In this document: positions 57,501-64,000 of the stretch, one piece after another | Position numbering within the stretch: the first letter of the stretch is position 1 | Layout of the letters: each line of letters opens with the position of its first letter | DNA from: an uncultured Verrucomicrobia subdivision 3 bacterium | GTDB lineage: Bacteria > Verrucomicrobiota > Verrucomicrobiia > Limisphaerales > UBA11358 | NCBI GenBank assembly: GCA_903865745.1 | Contig: CAIPKV010000025.1 | Location: 1,907 to 65,906, forward strand | Direction: 5' to 3' | Length of the DNA stretch: 64,000 nucleotides | Program-made: the position numbers and the translations under genes | The notes under the pieces: generated by a model | Seen by the model: only the letters and a program-made list of their open reading frames with translations | Told to the model about the DNA's origin: nothing | The model's database searches: none

Positions 57501-59943
57501 CGGTGAGGGTGATGATGCCGTTGGTGTGGAAACCGGCATCAAATCTTATCAGGATGTTGCCGCCATTCAGCACTAGGCTACCGAGGGTCAGGATACTGTT
57601 CGTTCCAATCGAGCTTACCGTGCCGCCGGTCGAATTTGTCACCGCTCCGCTGATGCTGCCAGTGCCGGTCAGGATGCCTGACCCATTGATTGTCACACCG
57701 CCCGTGCCAGTGGCCGAACCGGTTGAATTGTTGGCATTCAAGGTGCCGCCACTGACCGTGGTGCCGCCGGTGTAAGTGCTCGGGGCGAGCAACGTCAAAG
57801 ACCCGTTCGGGAGCGAGCTGGCCAAGGTCAGCGCGCCGCTGCCGCCGTTGCCGACGGTATTGGTGAAGACCACCGCGTTGCCATTCACATCAATCGTACC
57901 ATTGCCCGTCAAGGTCACGGGCTTGGCTACTCCGCCATTCGTGCCGCCGGTGCCATATGAGGTGTCTTCCGTAATGTCCAGTGCCACGTTAAGCGGCGTC
58001 GCCGCATATTGAAGGGTACCATTATTAAAGGTCAGACCGCCGTAGGCCCCGCCGCCCAGCGCCCAAACACTATTGATGATGGCCGTGGCGCCGCCCGTGA
58101 TGATGGTTCCACTGGAATAGCCATTGCCAGCTCCGTTCAAATTCACCGTGCCGCTACCGACGATGGCGGTCGTGTTCGCCGTACCGGCACCGGTGCCGGG
58201 CAGCGTGCCGCAGCCAATAATGAGCGGACCAGAACCACTGGCACTGTTTATGTAACCATCCACCGACATGGTCTTGCCGGCCGCAGCAGCTAGCGTCCCA
58301 CCCGCACCGCTCAGATATATCGGGCGGGGGTTCGCGCCAGCATTATCCAAGGTGAAAGTGCCATTGCCAAACAGCGTGCCACCATTGATGTTCAAGGTTG
58401 CTCCCGTGGCAATCGCGCCTAGGCCGGAATTGGCACTGATGACCGTATAACCACCATCCAAGAAATTCTGTCCGGTATAGGTGTTGACACCGTTGAGAAA
58501 TACCGACCCAGGTCCGCCTTGGATGTAAGTAGACGTAGCCGCGCTGCTAGATCCGTTAGCGATTGGTGGGCTTATAATGAATTCACCCAAGATATTGTTT
58601 TGCCATACCGTCAAACCCGTAGCCGCACCGGTTGAGCGGCTGGCCTGTAAGGCAATCGCCCCACTGGCCGCTATCGTAGTATTGTTAGCACCCACATTAG
58701 GTGTAACAAGGAAGGCGCCACAGACGGAATTGCCAGTCACGTGCCCCTCAGTCAACGTGATCGCACCAGCGGTATTAAAACGGACTTCCCCATAAGCTCC
58801 TGAAACACTGCCGCTACCATTAAACATGGTGGCATTGGCTGTCAAATCAATGTTAAGCCCATAGCTGCTAGTTGCAGGGAGTGAATTCACTGTCGAATAA
58901 AATCCAGAAATCTGACTACCACCCACGATGGTGCCAGTTTGGGCTGTCCCAACCGTACCACCGGACACCGCCGCCCAGTCATACAGGCCAACGGTGGCAT
59001 AGGCTCCCGCCGCACCCCCTGTAGAGGTAGATATGAGTCCCAGATCGCTGGTATTCGCGGTCACATTGTAAACCCCGGTCGCTGCCACGGTGGTACCACC
59101 GAGCGTCGTCCCGCTGCTCGCGCCGCTGTTATACGCGGCACCATCAAAACGTACCAACGCACCGGCCGTGCCGGTTAGCGTGCCCAAATTATTGGTGGGA
59201 ATCGTGCCGGAGATCGCCGAGTTGGTGATGATACTCTGACCAGAGGTGGTCGAATAAAACGCCGTGCTGGCAAAAGTCTGTGAACTGCCGCCGCTAGCCC
59301 CCAAGGTCTGCACCGTGCCGCCATTCAACTTCAACGCGCTGGCAGAATTAATGATGTTGGCCGAAGGCGCGCCGCCGGCGGTGAAATCCAGCTTGAGCGT
59401 CCCGGCATTGTTTGTCACGTTGCCCGTAAAGGTGTTGGCCGCTGATAGGACGAGCGTGCCCGGACCCGTCTTGGTGATGCCAAAGGTTGAACCGGAAATG
59501 ACGCCACCCACGGTCAGAGTCAGGCCGCTATTCACCGACCACGTCTGGGAGGCACTCAAAGCGACCGCGCAATTGAGGGTCGCATTGTTGTTGGCCGAAG
59601 CCATGTTGATGCCGGAAGCCGCCAGCGTCAAAGTACTGCCGGCACCGACCGTCAGCGGGCCGGCGGTGTTGTTGTCAAATTGGAGTCCCAGCAGGGAAGT
59701 ATTCCCCCCCAGCGCCATGCCGGACAAGTTGGCGGAACTGGGCGTGCTGCCAAACTCGCCAATCACGCTGGCGGTTGGCGCAACTGCGGTGACGCCGCCC
59801 GGAGTCGTCGCCCAATCAGACGAGGCGCTCATCGTCGCGGTAGCCGCCTTGTAAATATTCGCTTGGATCTTCACCGCGCCGGCCAGTAACAGCAGGCCGG
59901 TGCCGAGGATGATTTGTTTGGTGATTAATTGATTGGTTTTCAT
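51598..59943 (-). CDS. Giant (2781 aa) PATR protein with 4 cadherin-like beta-sandwich domains and a C-terminal beta-sandwich tail
   Basis: Signal peptide, then about 2100 aa of PATR-type repeats (GxGTLxLxGxNTYxGxTxxxxGTL). Four units of the L..L..S.G.L.P.F......Y type follow (cadherin-like beta sandwich). No autotransporter barrel is present. Confidence 0.85.
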   Translation of the reverse strand: MKTNQLITKQIILGTGLLLLAGAVKIQANIYKAATATMSASSDWATTPGGVTAVAPTASVIGEFGSTPSSANLSGMALGGNTSLLGLQFDNNTAGPLTVGAGSTLTLAASGINMASANNNATLNCAVALSASQTWSVNSGLTLTVGGVISGSTFGITKTGPGTLVLSAANTFTGNVTNNAGTLKLDFTAGGAPSANIINSASALKLNGGTVQTLGASGGSSQTFASTAFYSTTSGQSIITNSAISGTIPTNNLGTLTGTAGALVRFDGAAYNSGASSGTTLGGTTVAATGVYNVTANTSDLGLISTSTGGAAGAYATVGLYDWAAVSGGTVGTAQTGTIVGGSQISGFYSTVNSLPATSSYGLNIDLTANATMFNGSGSVSGAYGEVRFNTAGAITLTEGHVTGNSVCGAFLVTPNVGANNTTIAASGAIALQASRSTGAATGLTVWQNNILGEFIISPPIANGSSSAATSTYIQGGPGSVFLNGVNTYTGQNFLDGGYTVISANSGLGAIATGATLNINGGTLFGNGTFTLDNAGANPRPIYLSGAGGTLAAAAGKTMSVDGYINSASGSGPLIIGCGTLPGTGAGTANTTAIVGSGTVNLNGAGNGYSSGTIITGGATAIINSVWALGGGAYGGLTFNNGTLQYAATPLNVALDITEDTSYGTGGTNGGVAKPVTLTGNGTIDVNGNAVVFTNTVGNGGSGALTLASSLPNGSLTLLAPSTYTGGTTVSGGTLNANNSTGSATGTGGVTINGSGILTGTGSISGAVTNSTGGTVSSIGTNSILTLGSLVLNGGNILIRFDAGFHTNGIITLTGGLTLTSGNIQLSIANGTLANGTYRLINCSGTPGGSLSAIAISGFTQSGQSVSLSAVSGGLNLVVGTYVAQNLTWVGNVSGGQWDVNTTSNWDDTTTSVNPWVYNDSDNTIFDNTSANTTVNLVGALTPGSVTVNGTQSYTFTNTGVIGGATALTNNSTGTLTILTANTYTGGTIINSGTVQLGNGTISGAIGTGSVTNNAALVMDSPSRVATGPINGSGNVTVEAGGTLAIGGNSAINTLTLGSSVTNGILDLNNSGLTVGSLAIATGATTCYIGNGGTVAASTLNYNGGSSTFGGVIEDVLGSGTKTVALNVNSSGILTLTAANTYTGGTVINSGQVTLTGVGSLGSGLVTLNNSSTLYENGAYIANTISNAPSAISTLEFNGTGGYYPALNLVGGGTVNLDIVGGTFSPSGSVSGFSGIINLNGGIRASIVTTATTYGSANATWNLGATGNINSKYGNQTVYLGALNGSAGSGLTAGNTSNPGGNTTLPSIFVVGNLNTTSTFAGNITDGSQYTGLTKVGTGLLVLSGGANNYSAPTIVSGGTLEVDSLLGGYTATTNYAGTTLAGTGSFNNQAPVGMAPGSTLAPGVTGLGNYGTLTFTGGLILNGNTNLFDISSSTNDLVAVTGGLTLAGAGTVKLNISGTLPDGTNTLITYDSISGSVTANLNVTPAQVGNQFFTLHDDNAGHIQLIVLTLGTNSLTWIGDGSANYWDTSSINWTNLVGVDDEAFLNGDSVTFNNAGAANSPVNLQLPVSPSGVMVSGSSNYTFNSTSGLGKITGIMTNGLTKTGSGTLTLLITNDFTGPTTINGGVLQVGDGNTPNTGLSAGVITNNALLIFDQTNNNYTVVGNLTGTGSLVQEGSNTVTLAGNTTYAGATVINTGTLQFGNGGTTAFPTNAISLTNSGTVAFDLAGTYAVTNGISGNGWVSFNGPGTNIFGGVNTYANNTAINGGTVKLAGPAVLPVGVTGWTVLDGGSTAGTLDLNGNNQTLNGLSGITGTTLGRIVNNGGTGVNTLTISNWSAPTYAGLILDTNVNGSNGKIALVIAGAGTQTLSGNNNYSGGTTVNYPAKLLIGAATNLGTGMTTLEGGTLGVTANGIYLNGISLTVPSGTNGLIIMTNAMKLPALYGSGTLNLQVNNQQPQNSSSVIGDCLSTCANFGGTLNITGAEANAYLVLNFNNVNGGSFDGNLSGATVNLITGVGGVSLVGMNNSGGNTAQFGALNVDASSALGGADYVATQTYQIGALNTTSVIDGVITNGSGVSGGGPSAITKVGTGKLILNNNGNTYTGKTTVNAGTLQVNGQITASPVTVNSGGILSGTGTLGNVVTNNAGAMLYPGVNGIGQLTLNSNLTLNATSTNLFVVTTAGGVSNTVAVAGLLSPNGSVVEINTGGGQLAAGTYNNLFTYGTTNGTQFATAVVFDTPQSGTFGTITNDGAGHVNLVVSTASKDASLFNLVVNASVSPTFHPGTTNYFATNYNANSSVTVLVTNNSAFATNQLFLNNVSQGLLTNEVTSLPLAVGVGSTNVIRVQVTAQDGLTVSNYFVTVTRLSTNAQLANLVISNGTGALTFYPSPFATTNTGIYYATNAAGAGPVTVTVTVTNVDATAMNTLLLGTTTKQVLTNEIASSGLTLNVGTTNVSVQVVSQDGSQTSTYVVSLTQLGSASSSTTYLTSLVLSNAANVQLPFSPTSFSTNLPSGPYTATNSLASLPLTVTITNIDSNATNTLYVNSSNVGYLTNGLTSSPLTTATGLVEGSNNVTVQTVSQDGSVMNSYTVNVTLQGTNALLTSLLISPWALSQSFSSGLTNYTATNTYPNTNVAVTATSADGNAAVALSFNNGSNYNIPLTNGVASANNALSLSQPANVLAVQVVSQDGLQTNVYTVNALLQPITNSPPHLTNSVSGGTSLVLSWPQGYLGYRLLVQTNNLNKGVSSNKTDWGTVLGSTNITSTNLTIIKVGMTNEYYRLVYP

Positions 59944-60084
59944 AACGGGGAACGTTCGGATGGTCTTAGGATTATTCGGATTGAACGGATTGATTTAGTT
60001 TTAACTCTGAACACTTAAGTCTTCGGCCATAAACGCAACGGCGCGTGACGACAGACGACTCTGCTGGGTGATGGGCATGATGCA

Positions 60085-60142
60085 AATATACGCCGTGTTC
60101 AAAAATGCGCCATCACCAGAACTGTTGATGCCGCATCACCAG
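60085..60142 (-). promoter_or_regulatory. Candidate regulated promoter/operator of the giant operon
   Basis: On the minus strand, a TATATT -10-like hexamer (60090-60085) has no good -35. Upstream of it are two direct CTGGTGATG repeats (plus-strand CATCACCAG at 60111-60119 and 60134-60142, 23 bp apart) embedded in the inverted CAGAACTG/CAGTTCTG. Confidence 0.3.
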
Positions 60143-60224
60143 TTCTGGGGACATGGCGAATCGGTGGCTGGCTCGTAAATGGTAGTTGGGCGACCCGTTT
60201 TTAACCGGAGCAATTGCCGGTTAA

Positions 60225-60602
60225 ACCTATCTTCTCGGTCTTGCATCCTCCCGTCTCGCTGATGATTCCTCCCCGCTCCGTCACTGATCCTCCCGCCTGT
60301 GTCGCAATTCCTCCCCACTCGCTGACCAACCCTCCCGTCTCGGTCACTGATCCTACCCGCTCGCTAATGATTCCTACCCGGTCGGTCGCCAATCCTACCT
60401 TCTCCGTGACTAATCCTACCCTCTCGATGACGTATCCTCCCGTCGCAATGACGGATCCTCCCATCTCAGCCACGCATCCTCCCGTCTCGATGATAATTCC
60501 TCCCCTGTCAGTCACCGTTCCTCCCGTCTCAATGACACTTCCTCCCGTCTCCGTCGCACTTCCTCCCGTCTCCATGACGGATCCTCCCGTCTCCGTCGTC
60601 AC
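60225..60602. repeat. Tandem array C: 18 units of exactly 21 bp, 12-nt conserved core TCCTCCCGTCTC + 9-nt variable tail
   Basis: TCCT anchors sit at 60246, 60267, 60288, 60309, (60330), 60351, 60372, 60393, 60414, 60435, 60456, 60477, 60498, 60519, 60540, 60561 and 60582. A degenerate unit lies at 60225. Confidence 0.92.
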
Positions 60603-60748
60603 CCGGTTTCCAGAAATGGGACAGGGCAGTCAAGAAATGTGGACACTTATCGAGTGCGGAATGCCGGGTACAAACTGCGGAATGGGGAATTTAACCACCG
60701 AGACGCAAAGGAGTTAGGACGCAAACAGAAGTGCTGAAAGCCGCGTGT

Positions 60749-60792
60749 AGAAAAGGAAACCCACCGGTTCATTAGTTGGAAACACCAGTGGG
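60749..60792 (-). terminator. Probable terminator of the HK-RR operon
   Basis: On the minus strand, stem cccactggt / accggtggg (one mismatch) is followed by TTTCCTTTT, about 40 nt after the response regulator stop. Confidence 0.45.
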
Positions 60793-60833
60793 ACACCGGA
60801 TGAGAACGTAATATCCAGATTATTTAAACCGGG

Positions 60834-61487
60834 TCATCGCTGGGAAGAACCGCCGCGGTTCTGGCCGAGATGCTTGGCCACGGCTTCAGTGCGGGAGCGC
60901 ACATGCAGCTTCTCATAGACGTGCCGGATGTGCGTATGCACCGTAGCGTAGCTGACCTTCATCTGGTCGGCGATTTCTTTGTAGAGAAAACCTTTGGCCA
61001 GCAAATCCAAAACTTCGGCTTCCCGCGGCGACAGGCTCTGCGCTTCGGCGGATACCGCCACGGGCTGCTGGAAGGATTGCACAATCTTCCGCGCAATGTG
61101 ACTGCTCATTGGCGAGCCGCCGGACTGAACTTCTTTGATGGCGGTGAGCAACTCGGCGGGCGGCGTTTGCTTGAGCATGTAGCCGGTGGCACCCGCCGCG
61201 AGCGCATTGAAGATATGTTCCGTATTCTGATACACGGTGAGCATGATGAGTTGCGTACCGGGCAGCAGCGGTTTGAGCCGCCGCACACATTCCACGCCGT
61301 TCATGCCCGGCAGGTTGATGTCCATCAGGATGACGTTGGGCTGGATTTTGGGCAGCTCTTTTAGCGCGTCCTCCGCATTTTCGTGCCGGCTCAAGCATTG
61401 AAAGCCTGGTGCACCGTCAATCAGCTTGGCCAGACTGCCCCGAACCTGCGCGTTGTCCTCGACGATGGAAACGGAAATTTTATTCAT
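60834..61487 (-). CDS. LuxR/NarL-family response regulator
   Basis: REC domain (VILMDINLPGMNG) plus a C-terminal GerE/LuxR HTH (LSPREAEVLDLLAKGFLYKEIADQMKVSYATVHTHIRHVYEKL). Confidence 0.92.
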   Translation of the reverse strand: MNKISVSIVEDNAQVRGSLAKLIDGAPGFQCLSRHENAEDALKELPKIQPNVILMDINLPGMNGVECVRRLKPLLPGTQLIMLTVYQNTEHIFNALAAGATGYMLKQTPPAELLTAIKEVQSGGSPMSSHIARKIVQSFQQPVAVSAEAQSLSPREAEVLDLLAKGFLYKEIADQMKVSYATVHTHIRHVYEKLHVRSRTEAVAKHLGQNRGGSSQR

Positions 61488-61577
61488 GTGCTGCGCAGCT
61501 TTCTCGAAAGGGAATTAGCGAGTGCGCCTGAGCGAAATCAGCCGGCCATTCAAATGGTTTCATGTTGTGATCAAAAT

Positions 61578-64000
61578 TTAGCCGCGGTCAGCATCCTGGC
61601 CAACCGGCCCGTTTGACGAGGGGCGGTGGGTGAGGGCGACGGTGAGTTCCACCCGGGTCCCCTGCCCGGCCGCGCTGTGAATGTCGCATCGGCCACCGAC
61701 GGTGGCCAGCCGTTTTTCCAGATTGCCCAACCCGGAACCGGAGGCGAGCCGGTCTGCACCAACGGTGGTGTCGCCGCTGCTGGCAGCCAGGCCGCGGCCA
61801 TTGTCCTCGATGATCAGCGTGAACTCCTGGGGCCCGACTCGCAACCGCAGCCAGACTTCCGTGGCCTTGGCATGCTTGACAATGTTGTTCAAAACTTCTT
61901 TGAATGCGAGAAACAAGTTGTAGCGCCGCTCGGCGTCCACCCGCGCCACCGGCAATGTGACCGGCAGGTCGGTGCGAAACCGGACATTCGCCACGCGCAG
62001 AAAATCTTCGGCATAAGCCGAGGCGTAATCCAGCAGACCATCCAGCGTGTCGTGCTGCGGGTCCACGGCCCAGACGATCTCGTCCATGGACTTGGTGATT
62101 TTACGCGCGGAATCGGATATGCGCTGGAGGTTTGCCGGCATCTGCTCGGGTTCACGCCGCGCCAACTCGGTCAGCAAAGTGATTTGGGTTAAGCCCGCGC
62201 CGACATCGTCGTGGATATCGCGCGCGATGCGGGCGCGATCACGTTCAATGGCATTCTGCTGTTCGAGCCGCGCCACCCGGCGACGATATTTCCGCGTGGC
62301 CGCGCGCCGCACGCCGAACGCCACACCGGCGATGACGAGCGCGCCGATAAAAGCCATGAAGGAATTGGACTGATAAAAGTAAGGGGCCACGGTGAAGTGG
62401 ATTACCGCCCCGGTGTAGTTCCAGACGCCTTGATTGTTACAGGCAATCACGTGAAAACGGTAATTGCCCGGCGGCAAATGTCCGTAGTGGGCGGTGCGCA
62501 GCGTCTCGGCATCCACCCAGCGGGAGTCAAACCCCTCCAGCCGGTAACGGAACCGCGCGCGTTCGCCGGCGTCAAAATTCAGCGCCGTGAACCGGAAATT
62601 AAATTGTGAGTGACCCGGCGGTACGTTGATATCGCCATCCGTAAGCGACACCGGCTCACCGTCCACGTTGAACTCCTCAACCAGCACCGGCGGCGGCGCG
62701 GACTCCGCCGTCAGCGCATTCGGGTCCACCCACACCACCCCACGCACCGTCGTGAACCACAATCGCCCGTCCGTCCCGCGCCAGCACGCGGGCTGGTAGC
62801 CATCCGAACATTCCAACGCAGGGAGGCCATCGTGCCGGCCATAGGCAATGTAATCCAACGACGACGACCGGCCATCGGCGCAGGCATTCAACGACAGTTT
62901 GTCCACGCAGAAAATACCTTGGTGCGTGCCCAACCAGAGCCGGCCGTGGCTGTCCTCTAAAATCTGGCTGATGACATCCGCCGGCAAACCCTGCTTCGTG
63001 GTGATGCGGGAAAACTTCCCGTTCTGGAAGCGGACGAGTCCACCGTGGAAAGTTCCGGCCCAGAGCGTGCCGGAAGCGTCGGCGTGCAAGGCATAGACTG
63101 CCTGATCAGCCAGCGCATCCACCGCCCGGAACGGCTGCATTTTTCCCGGCGAGCATAGGTAAATCGTGCCGTCATCCGCGCCCGCCCAAAGATTTCCGTC
63201 GGACGTTTCCGCCAGCGCCCGGATGGCTGGCAGCAGCGAACCATCGGCGTTGGTATTCAAGATCTGCCGGTCGTCACCCGCCGCCCAGGCAAAGCCCGCC
63301 TTGATGCCGAGCCACAGCCGCCCTTGATGGTCGGTCAGAATCGACTTGATGCCCCGCACGTCCCAGGTTGAACGCCGCACTTGTCCGTCCTTGAATTCAT
63401 AGAGCGACTCGGCTTCGGCCGCGCTCAGCCACGCGCCGCCGCCTGGCTCCGGAAAAATCGAGAATACAAAGTTTGGCGCCGCACTGGGGCCGATGGCGTA
63501 ACGGGTGATTTTCCCATCACGCCATCGACAAAGACCGCCACCGCCCGTACCAATCCAGACTCCACCGTTCGTATCCTGACAAACCGACAGCGCCGCCCGG
63601 ACCGGCAAACCTTCGGCGGGACCAATCACATGAAATTGCCGGTCGCGCAGCCGCACCAAACCACCGCGGTCCACCCCCGCCCAGATGCCGCCGTCGCGGC
63701 CTTGAAACCACGCGCCCACCCGGTCGCCCGGCAGACCGTTGAGCGTCGTGATCCGCTGGAACTGGCCTTCCGGCGTAATGTGAAACAGTCCGTTGCCATA
63801 ATGGTTGAACCATACGCCACCGTCGCGATCCTCATGCATACCCATCGCGCGGCCGGAGGCCCAACCGAGCAGACCATCCCATTCCGGAGCCTCGGCCACC
63901 CACGCGCGGCCGACCATTTTGCGGAGGTGACCGCCATCCAGCACCCACACCGCACCCGATTTGGTTGGGAACAGTAGCCACGGCGTCAGGTTCGCCGTGG
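61578..64000 (-). CDS. Sensor histidine kinase with periplasmic two-component-regulator propeller repeats + Y_Y_Y domain, HisKA_3/HATPase; N-terminus beyond window
   Basis: Repeated G.LW.GT..GL propeller blades, a Y_Y_Y-like segment (RFRYRLEGFDSRWV ... NYRFHVIACNNQGVW), a TM helix, H-box ARDIHDDVGAGL and an HATPase region. The frame stays open to base 64000. Confidence 0.88.
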   Translation of the reverse strand, partial: TANLTPWLLFPTKSGAVWVLDGGHLRKMVGRAWVAEAPEWDGLLGWASGRAMGMHEDRDGGVWFNHYGNGLFHITPEGQFQRITTLNGLPGDRVGAWFQGRDGGIWAGVDRGGLVRLRDRQFHVIGPAEGLPVRAALSVCQDTNGGVWIGTGGGGLCRWRDGKITRYAIGPSAAPNFVFSIFPEPGGGAWLSAAEAESLYEFKDGQVRRSTWDVRGIKSILTDHQGRLWLGIKAGFAWAAGDDRQILNTNADGSLLPAIRALAETSDGNLWAGADDGTIYLCSPGKMQPFRAVDALADQAVYALHADASGTLWAGTFHGGLVRFQNGKFSRITTKQGLPADVISQILEDSHGRLWLGTHQGIFCVDKLSLNACADGRSSSLDYIAYGRHDGLPALECSDGYQPACWRGTDGRLWFTTVRGVVWVDPNALTAESAPPPVLVEEFNVDGEPVSLTDGDINVPPGHSQFNFRFTALNFDAGERARFRYRLEGFDSRWVDAETLRTAHYGHLPPGNYRFHVIACNNQGVWNYTGAVIHFTVAPYFYQSNSFMAFIGALVIAGVAFGVRRAATRKYRRRVARLEQQNAIERDRARIARDIHDDVGAGLTQITLLTELARREPEQMPANLQRISDSARKITKSMDEIVWAVDPQHDTLDGLLDYASAYAEDFLRVANVRFRTDLPVTLPVARVDAERRYNLFLAFKEVLNNIVKHAKATEVWLRLRVGPQEFTLIIEDNGRGLAASSGDTTVGADRLASGSGLGNLEKRLATVGGRCDIHSAAGQGTRVELTVALTHRPSSNGPVGQDADRG

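Noticed and set aside
60136-60717. ORFs 60201-60602 (-), 60136-60318 (-) and 60214-60717 (+) over array C, treated as proteins
   Set aside because: The track calls an ORF in three of the six frames across the array simply because the 21-bp unit lacks stops. No convincing RBS or start is present, so coding is not assumed.

Overview
This looks like a chromosomal segment from a Verrucomicrobiota-like bacterium. That placement is an inference from the giant autotransporter-associated beta-strand-repeat (PATR) proteins, a prepilin-type N-methylation-domain protein and the overall gene content. About 50 protein genes are supportable. Housekeeping blocks are the groEL 3' part, tmRNA, coaD-yceD-rpmF-plsX-fabH, rpmH-rnpA-yidD-yidC-jag, serA and nth. 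Regulators include Lrp/AsnC, LysR, a hybrid histidine kinase, a sigma-54 activator, a FecR-like protein with a CHASE2 cyclase, and a propeller histidine kinase with a LuxR-type response regulator. A hexuronate/KDG-type sugar-acid cluster has two PfkB kinase paralogs flanking a LarA-like protein. A roughly 17-kb minus-strand pectin/rhamnogalacturonan operon encodes a 2781-aa PATR/cadherin-like protein, a pilin-like protein, a GH28 enzyme and a 1999-aa PL4 lyase-Fn3-PATR fusion. I saw no rRNA, tRNA, CRISPR array, transposase, integrase or recognisable defence system. The most unusual signal is non-coding. Three intergenic tandem arrays (20855-21169, 36741-36971, 60225-60602) have unrelated sequence but exactly the same 21-bp period, and two of them (20855 and 60225) have a conserved core plus variable tail in each unit. 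There is also a 41/82-bp hairpin-unit array (8822-9026) and several large palindromes. These arrays produce the odd heptad-repeat ORFs in the six-frame track. Their function is unknown and I flag them as the best candidates for something undescribed.
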